64,000 bases of DNA, from assembly GCA_041288195.1 (NCBI GenBank), contig JBGGME010000045.1, positions 4,247 to 68,246 on the forward strand, in the 5' to 3' direction. Under the pieces are notes generated by a model. The model was given only the letters and a program-made list of their open reading frames with translations. It did no database searches and was not told the origin of the DNA. Positions 10,170 through 18,932 of this stretch are shown here, piece by piece. The number at the start of each line of letters is the position of its first letter. Positions within the stretch are counted from its first letter, which is position 1. The stretch is from Hyphomicrobiaceae bacterium (lineage in GTDB: Bacteria; Pseudomonadota; Alphaproteobacteria; Rhizobiales; Hyphomicrobiaceae). Made by a program: the position numbers and the translations under genes.

Positions 10170-11525
10170 CTACTTCTGCTTCGGCTGCCCGCCCTGCTCG
10201 GGCGTGGGCGTGGGTGCCGCCTCGGCCTTCTGCGGCAGGGCCGGCAGCGGCTCGCCGCGCAACATCTTGAGCGCGTACTGCAGCTGCGTGTCCTTCTCGG
10301 CCTCCTTCGGCACGTAGTTGGAGGAGCCCGAGCCTTCCTTGCCGCTGTCGCTCTTGAGATGGCCGCGCAGGCCGGACTCGCTCGGCATCCGGTTGTTGCG
10401 CGACTGCAGCTCCGGCGGCAGCTCCTGCTCGACGACGACGTCGGGATCGATGCCCTTGGCCTGGATCGAGCGCCCGGCGGGCGTGTAGTAGCGCGCCGTG
10501 GTCAGTCGGATCGCGCCGTTGGCGCCGAGCGGGATGATGGTCTGCACCGAGCCCTTGCCGAACGAGCGCGTGCCGATCACGGTCGCGCGCTTGTGGTCCT
10601 GAAGGGCGCCCGCCACGATCTCGGAAGCCGACGCCGAGCCGCCATTGATCAGCACGATGACCGGCTTGCCGTCGCTGATGTCGCCGGGGCGGGCGTTGGC
10701 GCGCTGCGTCTCCTCGAGGCCGCGACCCTTGGTGAGCACGATGGCGCCCTTGTCGAGGAAGTCGTCGGACACCGCGATCGCCTGGTCGAGCAGGCCGCCC
10801 GGGTTGCCTCTGAGATCGATCACGTAGCCCTTGAGATTCTTGACGCTCTTCTTGAGGCTTTCGACCGACTTCACGAGGTTGGCGTGGGTCTGCTCGTTGA
10901 AGGTGGAGACCTTGACGTAGATCACGTCGTTCTCGAGGCGTGCCTTCACCGCGTTGATGCGGATCACGTCGCGCACGATCTTCACGTCGAACGGGTCATC
11001 CCGCCCCTTGCGCACGATCGTGAGCGTGATCGGCGTATTGACGGGCCCGCGCATCTTCTCGACCGCCTGCTCGAGCGTGAGGCCGACGATCTGCTCGTTG
11101 TCGAGGTGGGTGATCAGGTCGTTGGTCTGCAATCCCGCCTTGGCCGCCGGCGTGTCGTCGATGGGCGAGACCACCTTGACCACGCCGTTCTCCATCGTCA
11201 CCTCGATGCCGAGGCCGCCGAACTCGCCGCGCGTCTGCACCTGCATGTCGCGGAAGTTCTTGGGGTTGAGGTAGGCCGAGTGCGGATCGAGGGCGGCCAG
11301 CATGCCGTTGATGGCCGAGTCGATCAGGGTCGCATCGTCGGGCTTGTCGACGTAGTCGCTGCGTACGCGCTCGAGCACGTCGCCGAACAGGTCGAGCTGC
11401 TTGTAGATCTCGGAGTTGTTCGAGGTGGCCGAGTAGGTCCTCGTGACATTCAGGAGGGTCGTGGCACCGGCGAGGCACGCCAGCATCACGAAAGTCCAGA
11501 ATGCATAGTCCGATTTGCGCGTCAT
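10170..11525 (-). CDS. ctpA: Carboxy-terminal processing (S41) peptidase
   Basis: PDZ-like segment (GGLGIEV..VVKVVSPIDDTPAAKAGL) and S41 core (DLRGNPGGLL, GSASASEI). ATGA start/stop overlap with the upstream M23 gene at 11522..11525. Confidence 0.9.
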   Translation of the reverse strand: MTRKSDYAFWTFVMLACLAGATTLLNVTRTYSATSNNSEIYKQLDLFGDVLERVRSDYVDKPDDATLIDSAINGMLAALDPHSAYLNPKNFRDMQVQTRGEFGGLGIEVTMENGVVKVVSPIDDTPAAKAGLQTNDLITHLDNEQIVGLTLEQAVEKMRGPVNTPITLTIVRKGRDDPFDVKIVRDVIRINAVKARLENDVIYVKVSTFNEQTHANLVKSVESLKKSVKNLKGYVIDLRGNPGGLLDQAIAVSDDFLDKGAIVLTKGRGLEETQRANARPGDISDGKPVIVLINGGSASASEIVAGALQDHKRATVIGTRSFGKGSVQTIIPLGANGAIRLTTARYYTPAGRSIQAKGIDPDVVVEQELPPELQSRNNRMPSESGLRGHLKSDSGKEGSGSSNYVPKEAEKDTQLQYALKMLRGEPLPALPQKAEAAPTPTPEQGGQPKQK

Positions 11526-12913
11526 CCTTGCACCTTTCGCGAGGCATCCGCCCACCAGGGGTCGGGATCTATGGGCCGCTGGTCCTTGCGGAACTCGATG
11601 TACAGGACCGGAGCATTGTCCTGCGCCTTACCCGGTGTTGTCCTCCCAGCAGTGCTCATCACGCCGACCGGCTCGCCGGTCAGCACGAATTGGCCCAGCT
11701 GCACGTCTATCTGAGATAGTCCAGCAAGTAGAATATGATACCCGCCGCCCGCATTAATGATCAAGAGCTGGCCGTAGCTGCGGAACTCGCCCGCATACAC
11801 GATCCAGCCGTCGCACGGGGATACCACCTGGCCGCCGTGTCGGGTTTCGAGCACGAGGCCCTTGGACTGGCTGCCATACTTGGTCTTCTCGCCGAATTTG
11901 AGGACGCGCTTGCCCGATGCCGGCATCGGCAGGATGCCCCGGGCCTCGGAGAACGCGATCTGGGGCTTGATGCGGCCCGGCGTCAGCATCGCCACGCGAT
12001 CGCCGCCGCTCGGGGCCAGCACGATCGAGGCATCGCGCTCCTCGGCCGGGCTGCCGCCGGTGCCCGCAGCGCTCTTGGTTGGCGGGGCGGCGGCAGGCGG
12101 CTTGGCGCCCGCGGGCGGCTCGACCGTGGTCGCAAACGGCGAAGTGGGCGGAGCGGCCGCAATCTCCTTCTCGTAGGAGCCGAGCCCGGTTCGCTCTGCA
12201 ACCTCCTTGTCGAGCTTCGAGATCAGATCGCCAAGGTCGGCGACGCTCTTTGATATGTCGGCTGCGGCCTGGCGAACCTGCGCGAGCTCCGCCTGCCGCT
12301 CGGAGAGCGACTGGCGCTTCTCCTCCTGGACGCCGGCAAGCCGCACGCGCGCATCGTTGAGCCGGCTCGTCTCGGCGCGCAGCTTCTCGCCCTCGGTGCG
12401 GATGCTGGTCTTGACGCGCATGAGGTCGTTGAGCTGCTCGGAGAGCGCCACCGCCTGGCTCCTGAGCTCGGGAAAGGCGGAGGCCAGCAGCATGGCGCTG
12501 CGCACCATGGTGAGCGCGTCCTCGCGGCGGGTAACCATGACCGGCGGCGGATTGCGGCCCATGCGCTGCATGGCGGCGAGCAGGGCCGAGATCGAGCCGT
12601 GCCGCGACTCCAGCGACCCGCGCAAATGCCGCTCCTGCGCCTCGAGCTCTCCCAGACGCGACTCGATAAGGCTGAGCTGCCCTTCGCTCTGCTGGATCAG
12701 CTTGGCCGTTTCGACGAGACGAGCATTGATGCGCTCGCGCTCGGCTGCGATCTTGTCGAGGTCGGACTGCAGCTCCTTGCCGCGGCGTTTGTTGGCCTCG
12801 AGGCGGCCGCGGTCGGCCTCCAGCCGCTTGCGGGCCTCGTCGGGGGCGAGAGCCTGCGCCGCCGCGGCCTGCGGCATTGCCACCACGAGCGCGGCAAACA
12901 GCCACCCGTGCAT
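11522..12913 (-). CDS. M23 family peptidase / murein hydrolase activator (EnvC-like), coiled-coil N-terminus
   Basis: Signal peptide MHGWLFAALVVAMPQAAAAQA, long coiled coil, C-terminal LytM-like domain (GWIVYAGEFRSYGQLLIINAGGGYHILLAGL). The ORF extends to a TTG at 12949. Confidence 0.85.
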   Translation of the reverse strand: MHGWLFAALVVAMPQAAAAQALAPDEARKRLEADRGRLEANKRRGKELQSDLDKIAAERERINARLVETAKLIQQSEGQLSLIESRLGELEAQERHLRGSLESRHGSISALLAAMQRMGRNPPPVMVTRREDALTMVRSAMLLASAFPELRSQAVALSEQLNDLMRVKTSIRTEGEKLRAETSRLNDARVRLAGVQEEKRQSLSERQAELAQVRQAAADISKSVADLGDLISKLDKEVAERTGLGSYEKEIAAAPPTSPFATTVEPPAGAKPPAAAPPTKSAAGTGGSPAEERDASIVLAPSGGDRVAMLTPGRIKPQIAFSEARGILPMPASGKRVLKFGEKTKYGSQSKGLVLETRHGGQVVSPCDGWIVYAGEFRSYGQLLIINAGGGYHILLAGLSQIDVQLGQFVLTGEPVGVMSTAGRTTPGKAQDNAPVLYIEFRKDQRPIDPDPWWADASRKVQG

Positions 12914-13100
12914 CAGGGTCTGCAGCGCGTGCGCGACGTCCTTGGCCAATGCGCCCTCTGAGCTACCATCGGCACGATCGCTGCCCGCGAATCGGCCATC
13001 GATGCCAAAGTATGTCGGAATCCACTATCATGGATCATGCCAATTGTGGCATCGGTGAGTTGGCGGCTGCGGCCGATCCTGCCATTCTCCGGGCCGAGAC

Positions 13101-13292
13101 ATGGAAACCACGGTTCGATATCTGACGGCGATCGCGGCGATTGCGGTGCTGCTGGTGCTGGTGGCCGGGCTATGGAACATGATGCGGGGCACCAGCCCGA
13201 ACTTGAGCCAGACGCTGATGCGCTGGCGCGTCGGGCTGCAGTTCCTCGCCATCGTTGTGACCATGACGCTGCTCTACTTCCTGCGCCATTGA
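13101..13292 (+). CDS. Twin-transmembrane-helix small protein (HIG1-domain-like)
   Basis: 63 aa with two hydrophobic helices separated by RGTSPNLSQTLMRWRV, which matches the bacterial HIG1/twin-TM small protein pattern. Confidence 0.7.
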   Translation: METTVRYLTAIAAIAVLLVLVAGLWNMMRGTSPNLSQTLMRWRVGLQFLAIVVTMTLLYFLRH

Positions 13293-13307
13293 CCTGGCAC
13301 GCGGTGC

Positions 13308-13574
13308 CTAAAGAGGCGGCGTCTTCTCGAGCAGGCTGATGATGAATTCGGCCGCCTGCAGCACGGCAACGCGCGCGGCCAGGCTTGCCTGCACGTACTT
13401 GCGGCCGAGCAGCGTGCGCGCGGTTCTGTAGGCTGCGCCGGCCTTTACGACCGGCCGCACGCGCTCCAGGCGCTGCTGCAGCGATTCCCGGCGCCGCTCC
13501 AGGTGAGCATACGAGACGTTGGACGGCTCGCGGTCGGCAGGGTTGTGAGGGCTGCTGCGGCGTGTCGGCATCAT
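13308..13574 (-). CDS. Hypothetical protein (88 aa)
   Basis: High GC3. AGGGAGA lies immediately upstream of tandem ATGs. No family recognised. Confidence 0.55.
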   Translation of the reverse strand: MMPTRRSSPHNPADREPSNVSYAHLERRRESLQQRLERVRPVVKAGAAYRTARTLLGRKYVQASLAARVAVLQAAEFIISLLEKTPPL

Positions 13575-13692
13575 GTCTCCCTGGCACTCGGATGGCGTCT
13601 CTCGCGTTAGCAGAAAAATGGCGCGCGGGCAGCAGAAGCAAGTTCCTTCTCGCTCACCAAGACCTGAGAGCTTGCCCCCGTGGAGCCTCGGA

Positions 13693-13723
13693 GCCCCGTC
13701 GCGTCGCGATGGGGCCCTTTTTT
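13693..13723 (+). terminator. Intrinsic-terminator-like hairpin plus T6, orphan position upstream of the adenosyltransferase gene
   Basis: GCCCCGTCGCG/CGCGATGGGGC stem (one G-U pair) followed by CC and TTTTTT at 13718..13723. Lies 85-95 nt upstream of the ATGs at 13807/13816. Confidence 0.45.
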
Positions 13724-13815
13724 GCGCCCACTGTGAGGCATCGGGCTTGCGGGCGCGGCGAAGAGCCCGCTACGCTGGCCGATGCCGCGCTCGTGGCGCG
13801 GCTTGGATGCTTGCG

Positions 13816-14409
13816 ATGGTCGTCCTCAACAAGATCTACACGCGCACCGGCGACGCCGGCCTCACCGCGCTCGGCACCGGCGAGCGGGTGCCCAAGCATG
13901 CCGCGCGCATCACGGCCTACGGTACGGTGGACGAGACCAACGCCGTCCTCGGCGTCGCGCGCCTGCATCTGACGCCCGAGTATGCCAACGTCGAAGCCAT
14001 GCTCGGGCGCGTCCAGAACGACCTCTTCGATCTCGGCGCCGACCTGACCATCCCCGAGCGCGACAGCGATCCGGCGGCAAAGCCCGCGCGCGAGCGCCTG
14101 CGCGTGACGGACCAGCAGGTGAAGCGGCTGGAGGACGAGATCGACACGCTGAACGCGGAGCTTGCGCCCCTGCGATCGTTCGTGCTGCCGGGCGGCTCGC
14201 CCGCCGCCGCGGCCCTGCACGTGGCGCGCACCGTCTGCCGCCGCGCCGAGCGCTGCATGGTGGAGCTCGCCGGCGTTCCCGGCGAAAGTGTCAGCGCGCC
14301 GGCGCTGAAATACATCAACCGCCTGTCCGATCTGCTGTTCGTGGCGAGCCGCTACGTCAACGCGCGCGGGAAGGATGACGTGCTCTGGGTGCCCGGCCAG
14401 AACCGCTAG
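13816..14409 (+). CDS. PduO-type ATP:cob(I)alamin adenosyltransferase
   Basis: MVVLNKIYTRTGDAGLT...RITAYGTVDETNA signature. Start is an internal ATG of ORF 13573..14409. Confidence 0.85.
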   Translation: MVVLNKIYTRTGDAGLTALGTGERVPKHAARITAYGTVDETNAVLGVARLHLTPEYANVEAMLGRVQNDLFDLGADLTIPERDSDPAAKPARERLRVTDQQVKRLEDEIDTLNAELAPLRSFVLPGGSPAAAALHVARTVCRRAERCMVELAGVPGESVSAPALKYINRLSDLLFVASRYVNARGKDDVLWVPGQNR

Positions 14410-14507
14410 ACAATCGATAGAGAACCGATAGCCAGCCGCCAGCAAGCATCGATAGGGGATCCGCCAGCGGCCTAGGCTGGCTCGGTCAATCGCGAGGGGA
14501 GCCGGAC

Positions 14508-15215
14508 GTGGTCTTCATTCCTTTGTCGGACGACAATCCGCTGCGCTCGATTCATTTCCAGTGGGTCACCATCTCTCTCATCGCCATCAACGTCGCTGTG
14601 TTCCTGTTGCAGAACTCGCCGATCGGCCAGGCGACGGCCGCGAGCTTTGCGCTCGTTCCCTCCGAGCTGTTCCAGGTGCACGTCATGGGCGGCTCCGCGC
14701 GCGGGCCCTATGACGCCTATGCCGTGCCCGAGGGCTACACTCTTCTCTGCTACATGTTCCTGCACGGCGACATCCTGCACCTCTCTTCCAACATGCTGTT
14801 CCTGTGGGTGTTCGGCGACAACGTCGAGGACGCGATGGGGCACATCAAATTCCTCATCTTCTATCTGCTGTGCGGCGTGGCCGGCGGACTTGCGCATGCC
14901 ATCGCCCTTCCCGCCTCCAAGCTGCCGCTGATCGGTGCGAGCGGCGCGGTCGCCGGCGTCATTGCCGCCTATCTCATCCTGCACCCGCGCGTGATGGTGT
15001 GGGTGCTGGCGTTCCGCTTCATCCCGCTGCGCATCTCGGCGGCCTGGGTGCTCGGCTTCTGGGTGCTGACCCAGTTCGCGATGGTAATTCTTAACCAAGC
15101 CGATCAGGTCGCGTGGTGGGCGCACATCGGCGGCATGGTGTGCGGTGCAATCCTGATCCTGTTCATGCGGCGGCCGGGCGTGCAGCTGTTCGATCGCGGT
15201 CTTACGCCCGTCTGA
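14508..15215 (+). CDS. Rhomboid family intramembrane serine protease
   Basis: Multi-TM protein with HGDILHLSSNMLFLWVFG (HxxxN) and GASGAVAGV (GxSG) motifs. GTG start. Confidence 0.85.
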   Translation: MVFIPLSDDNPLRSIHFQWVTISLIAINVAVFLLQNSPIGQATAASFALVPSELFQVHVMGGSARGPYDAYAVPEGYTLLCYMFLHGDILHLSSNMLFLWVFGDNVEDAMGHIKFLIFYLLCGVAGGLAHAIALPASKLPLIGASGAVAGVIAAYLILHPRVMVWVLAFRFIPLRISAAWVLGFWVLTQFAMVILNQADQVAWWAHIGGMVCGAILILFMRRPGVQLFDRGLTPV

Positions 15216-15327
15216 CAACCGCAGCCGATCCCGCCTGGCGGAATTCGGCGCTCCAGCCGCTCTGCGGCCCTTCTGCAACATTTAACGCTGCCCAAGTGTT
15301 GTCCAATGTGCTGCGCCAGTTGCCCAA

Positions 15328-15356
15328 TTGACACCCAAATGTCGCGGCCCTACGCT
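15328..15356 (+). promoter_or_regulatory. Possible sigma70-type promoter for etfBA-hbd
   Basis: TTGACA (15328..15333), 17-nt spacer, TACGCT (15351..15356), ~135 nt upstream of etfB. Confidence 0.25.
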
Positions 15357-15492
15357 CCATTTCGCACTTGCGAAGTCCGGCTGCCTGCCGTCATAAACAG
15401 GACATAAACTGGCGGGTTCAAAAGGGAAATGACCGCAGTGCAGCGCGACCGGCTGGGGAGCAGGCCGCGCCCGAGATGGAGCCTACTGGGGA

Positions 15493-16248
15493 ATGAAAGT
15501 TCTGGTCGCTGTTAAGCGGGTGGTCGACTTCAACGTCAAGATCCGCGTCAAGTCCGACGGATCGGGCGTGGAGCTCGCCAACGTCAAGATGTCGATGAAC
15601 CCCTTCGACGAGATCGCCGTCGAGGAGGCCGTGCGGTTGAAGGAGAAGGGGCTCGTCAAGGAGATTGTCGCCGTCTCCGTCGGCCCGACCAAGTCGCAGG
15701 AGACCATCCGCACCGCGCTGTCGATGGGGGCCGATCGCGGCATCCTCGTCGAGACGCCCGACGGCCAGGCCATCGAGCCCCTGTCGGTCGCCAAGATCCT
15801 CAAGGGCGTGATCGACGCGGAGAAGCCGGCCTTCATCATCCTCGGCAAGCAGGCGATCGACGACGATTGCAATCAGACCGGACAGATGCTCGCCGCCCTG
15901 CTCGGCTGGCCGCAGGCGACGTTTGCCTCCAAGCTCGTGATCGAGGGCGAGTCGGCGCTCGTCACGCGCGAGGTCGACGGCGGCCTCGAGACGCTGAAGG
16001 TGAAGCTGCCGGCGGTGGTCACGACAGACCTGCGCCTCAACGAGCCGCGCTATCCCTCGCTGCCCAACATCATGAAGGCGAAGAAGAAGCCGCTCGACGT
16101 CAAGAAGCCCGCCGACCTCGGCGTCGATGTCGCGCCGCGGCTCAAGGTGCTCAAGACCGTGGAGCCGCCTGGCCGCAAGGCCGGCGTCAAGGTCGCCAAC
16201 GCAGCCGAGCTCATCGCCAAGCTGAAAGAGGTGGGCGCGCTGTCATGA
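15493..16248 (+). CDS. etfB: Electron transfer flavoprotein beta subunit
   Basis: [12 protein letters not shown]...[11 protein letters not shown]...LGKQAIDDD motifs. Confidence 0.95.
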   Translation: MKVLVAVKRVVDFNVKIRVKSDGSGVELANVKMSMNPFDEIAVEEAVRLKEKGLVKEIVAVSVGPTKSQETIRTALSMGADRGILVETPDGQAIEPLSVAKILKGVIDAEKPAFIILGKQAIDDDCNQTGQMLAALLGWPQATFASKLVIEGESALVTREVDGGLETLKVKLPAVVTTDLRLNEPRYPSLPNIMKAKKKPLDVKKPADLGVDVAPRLKVLKTVEPPGRKAGVKVANAAELIAKLKEVGALS

Positions 16249-17189
16249 CGGTCCTTCTTCTCGCCGACCACGACAACAAGGCGATCGGCGCCGCCGTCGC
16301 CAAGGCCATGAGCGCCGCCAAGGCGCTGGGAGGCGATGTGCACGTGCTGGTCGCCGGTTCCGGTTGCAAGGCCGTTGCCGAGGCCGCCGCCAAGCTCGAC
16401 GGCGCAACGAAAGTGCTCCTCGCCGACGCGCCCCACCTCGGCCACCAGCTGGCCGAGGAGCTCGCGGCCCTGATCGTCGGGCTGATGGGGAGCTACGACG
16501 CCGTCATCACCGCCTCCACCGCCTCGGGCAAGAACATCATGCCGCGCGTCGCCGCCCAGCTCGACGTGATGCAGATCTCCGACATCATCAAGGTGGTGTC
16601 GCCCGACACCTTCGAGCGACCGATCTACGCCGGCAACGCCATCCAGACGGTGCAATCGGGCGACAAGAAAAAGGTCATCACCGTGCGCACCACCGCCTTC
16701 CCGGCGGTCGGCAACAGCGCCAACGCTCCCATCGAGGCCGTCGCGGCGACTACGCCCGTCGGCCTCTCGAGTTTCGAGAAGGCCGAGATCCAGAAATCCG
16801 ACCGGCCGGAGCTGACGGCCGCCAAGATCGTGGTGTCGGGCGGACGCGGGCTGCAGTCGAACGAGAACTTCAAGAAGTACATCGAGCCCGTGGCCGACAA
16901 GCTGGGCGCCGCGGTGGGCGCCAGCCGTGCTGCGGTCGATGCCGGCTACATGCCCAACGACTACCAGGTCGGCCAGACCGGCAAGGTGGTGGCGCCCGAG
17001 CTCTACATCGCGGTCGGCATTTCAGGCGCCATTCAGCATCTGGCGGGCATGAAGGACAGCAATGTCATCGTCGCGATCAACAAGGACGGCGAGGCGCCGA
17101 TCTTCCAGGTGGCCGACTTCGGGCTGGTGGCGGACCTGTTCCAGGTGCTTCCCGAGCTCGAGGCCGAACTCGGGAAGGCCGGCAAGTAG
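16245..17189 (+). CDS. etfA: Electron transfer flavoprotein alpha subunit
   Basis: [11 protein letters not shown] start in ATGA overlap with etfB. C-terminal FAD-binding motif [16 protein letters not shown]. Confidence 0.95.
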   Translation: MTVLLLADHDNKAIGAAVAKAMSAAKALGGDVHVLVAGSGCKAVAEAAAKLDGATKVLLADAPHLGHQLAEELAALIVGLMGSYDAVITASTASGKNIMPRVAAQLDVMQISDIIKVVSPDTFERPIYAGNAIQTVQSGDKKKVITVRTTAFPAVGNSANAPIEAVAATTPVGLSSFEKAEIQKSDRPELTAAKIVVSGGRGLQSNENFKKYIEPVADKLGAAVGASRAAVDAGYMPNDYQVGQTGKVVAPELYIAVGISGAIQHLAGMKDSNVIVAINKDGEAPIFQVADFGLVADLFQVLPELEAELGKAGK

Positions 17190-17236
17190 GACTGGGCGGC
17201 TGATGTTCAACCGGGGCTGCTAAGGAGCGAGGCGTC

Positions 17237-18187
17237 ATGGACGCGAGCGTCAAGACGAAGAAACCCGGCACGCAACTGGAGCGCGCGCGCAAGGGCGTGG
17301 AAACCGGCGCAGCGGCGATCAAGTCGGTCGGCATCATCGGCGCCGGCCAGATGGGCAACGGCATCGCCCACGTGGTCGCGCTCGCGGGCTACGATGTGGC
17401 CATCAGCGACGTGCGAAAGGACGCGCTCGAGAAGGCGCGCTCCGTCATCGAGCGCAACATGGCGCGTCAGGTCTCGCGCGGCATCATCACCGATTCCGAG
17501 ATGCAAACGGCCCTGAAGCGCATCCACGGCGTGACCGACGTTGCCGCGCTCGGCGAGGCCGACCTCGTGATCGAGGCCGCCACCGAGGACGAGGCGGTCA
17601 AGCGCAAGATCTTCATCGACCTCTGTCCGGCGCTCAAGAAGAGCGCCATTCTCGCCACCAACACCTCCTCGATCTCGATCACCCGGCTCGCCTCCGTCAC
17701 CGACCGGCCCGAGCGTTTCATCGGCATCCACTTCATGAACCCGGTGCCGATGATGCAGCTCGTCGAGCTGATCCGCGGCATCGCCACCGAGGACGAGACC
17801 TTCGGCCTCGCCAGGACCTTCATCGAGAGTCTCGGCAAGACCATCGCCGTGTCCGAGGACTTCCCGGCCTTCATCGTCAACCGCATCCTGTTGCCGATGA
17901 TCAACGAGGCGGTCTACACGCTCTACGAGGGCGTCGGCACCGTGGAGGCCATCGACAAGGCCATGCGGCTCGGCGCCAACCACCCGATGGGCCCGCTCGA
18001 GCTTGCCGACTTCATCGGGCTGGACACCTGCCTCTCCGTCATGCAGGTGCTCTACGAGGGTCTCGCCGACTCCAAGTACCGGCCCTGCCCGCTGCTCGTG
18101 AAGTACGTCGAGGCCGGCTGGCTCGGCCGCAAGACCCAGCGCGGCTTCTACGACTACCGCGGCGAGAAGCCCGTCCCCACCCGCTGA
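17237..18187 (+). CDS. hbd: 3-hydroxybutyryl-/3-hydroxyacyl-CoA dehydrogenase
   Basis: VGIIGAGQMGNGIA Rossmann motif, HFMNPVP, GFYDY C-terminus. Confidence 0.9.
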   Translation: MDASVKTKKPGTQLERARKGVETGAAAIKSVGIIGAGQMGNGIAHVVALAGYDVAISDVRKDALEKARSVIERNMARQVSRGIITDSEMQTALKRIHGVTDVAALGEADLVIEAATEDEAVKRKIFIDLCPALKKSAILATNTSSISITRLASVTDRPERFIGIHFMNPVPMMQLVELIRGIATEDETFGLARTFIESLGKTIAVSEDFPAFIVNRILLPMINEAVYTLYEGVGTVEAIDKAMRLGANHPMGPLELADFIGLDTCLSVMQVLYEGLADSKYRPCPLLVKYVEAGWLGRKTQRGFYDYRGEKPVPTR

Positions 18188-18231
18188 GGCGCGGGCGGGC
18201 GTGATATCGTCCCCCGTTGAAGTGGGACAGC

Positions 18232-18927
18232 ATGCCGACCCATGATCTGCCACGCGGCCAAAGGGCGATCGACCATTTTCCGCGCTTCGGCGTGCCGGCT
18301 TACGCCAATCGCTGGCCGCGCGTGCCCGACGAGCCCACACTCGCTATCTCGGGACTCGTCGAGACGCCGTTCACGCTGGAGCTTCGTGCGCTCGCGAGCC
18401 TGCCGCGCGTCGAGATCATCGCCGACTTTCACTGCGTCACGACTTGGACCAGCAAGCGTCACGCATGGAGCGGCTATCGTCTCGCCGACGTGCTGGACCA
18501 GGTCGTGGCGCCACGGGCGCGTCCGGCTGCCACCGTGCGCTACCTCGGCTTCCTGTCGCTCGATGGCTACAAGATCTGCATCGACCGCCGTGATATCGAT
18601 GCCGACACTTTGCTTGCCGATCGGCTCGATGGCGAGCGGTTGCCCGCGGAGCACGGCGCCCCGCTGCGCGTCGTTGCGCCCGCACTCTACGGCTACAAGA
18701 GTGCCAAGCATGTGAGCGGGATCGAGTTCCTGGCCGACTACCGCCGCGGACACGCCGAGCGCCAGACGATCGCGCATCCCCGCGGGCGCGTCGCCTATGA
18801 GGAGCGCGGGCGCTTCCTGCCGGGCTGGGTTTATCGCTACGCCTACCGGGCGTTGATTCCCTGGACTTTGGCCCAGTATGCGCGCGCGGCGCAGCGCCGG
18901 GCGGAACCCGCCAGCGAGCGTCCTTAG
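18232..18927 (+). CDS. Molybdopterin-dependent oxidoreductase domain protein (sulfite-oxidase fold, YedY-like)
   Basis: DFHCVTTWS-type motif (DFHCVTTWTSK), EHGAPLRVVAPALYGYKSAKHV. No signal peptide seen. Confidence 0.75.
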   Translation: MPTHDLPRGQRAIDHFPRFGVPAYANRWPRVPDEPTLAISGLVETPFTLELRALASLPRVEIIADFHCVTTWTSKRHAWSGYRLADVLDQVVAPRARPAATVRYLGFLSLDGYKICIDRRDIDADTLLADRLDGERLPAEHGAPLRVVAPALYGYKSAKHVSGIEFLADYRRGHAERQTIAHPRGRVAYEERGRFLPGWVYRYAYRALIPWTLAQYARAAQRRAEPASERP

Positions 18928-18932
18928 GCTGG

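Noticed and set aside
13575-13815. Possible cobalamin riboswitch upstream of the cobalamin adenosyltransferase gene.
   Set aside because: I could not find the conserved B12-box or the GGGAA/GGTGAAAATCC-type core, and the region is short for that class. Only the hairpin plus T6 is kept as an observation. An Infernal scan would settle it.
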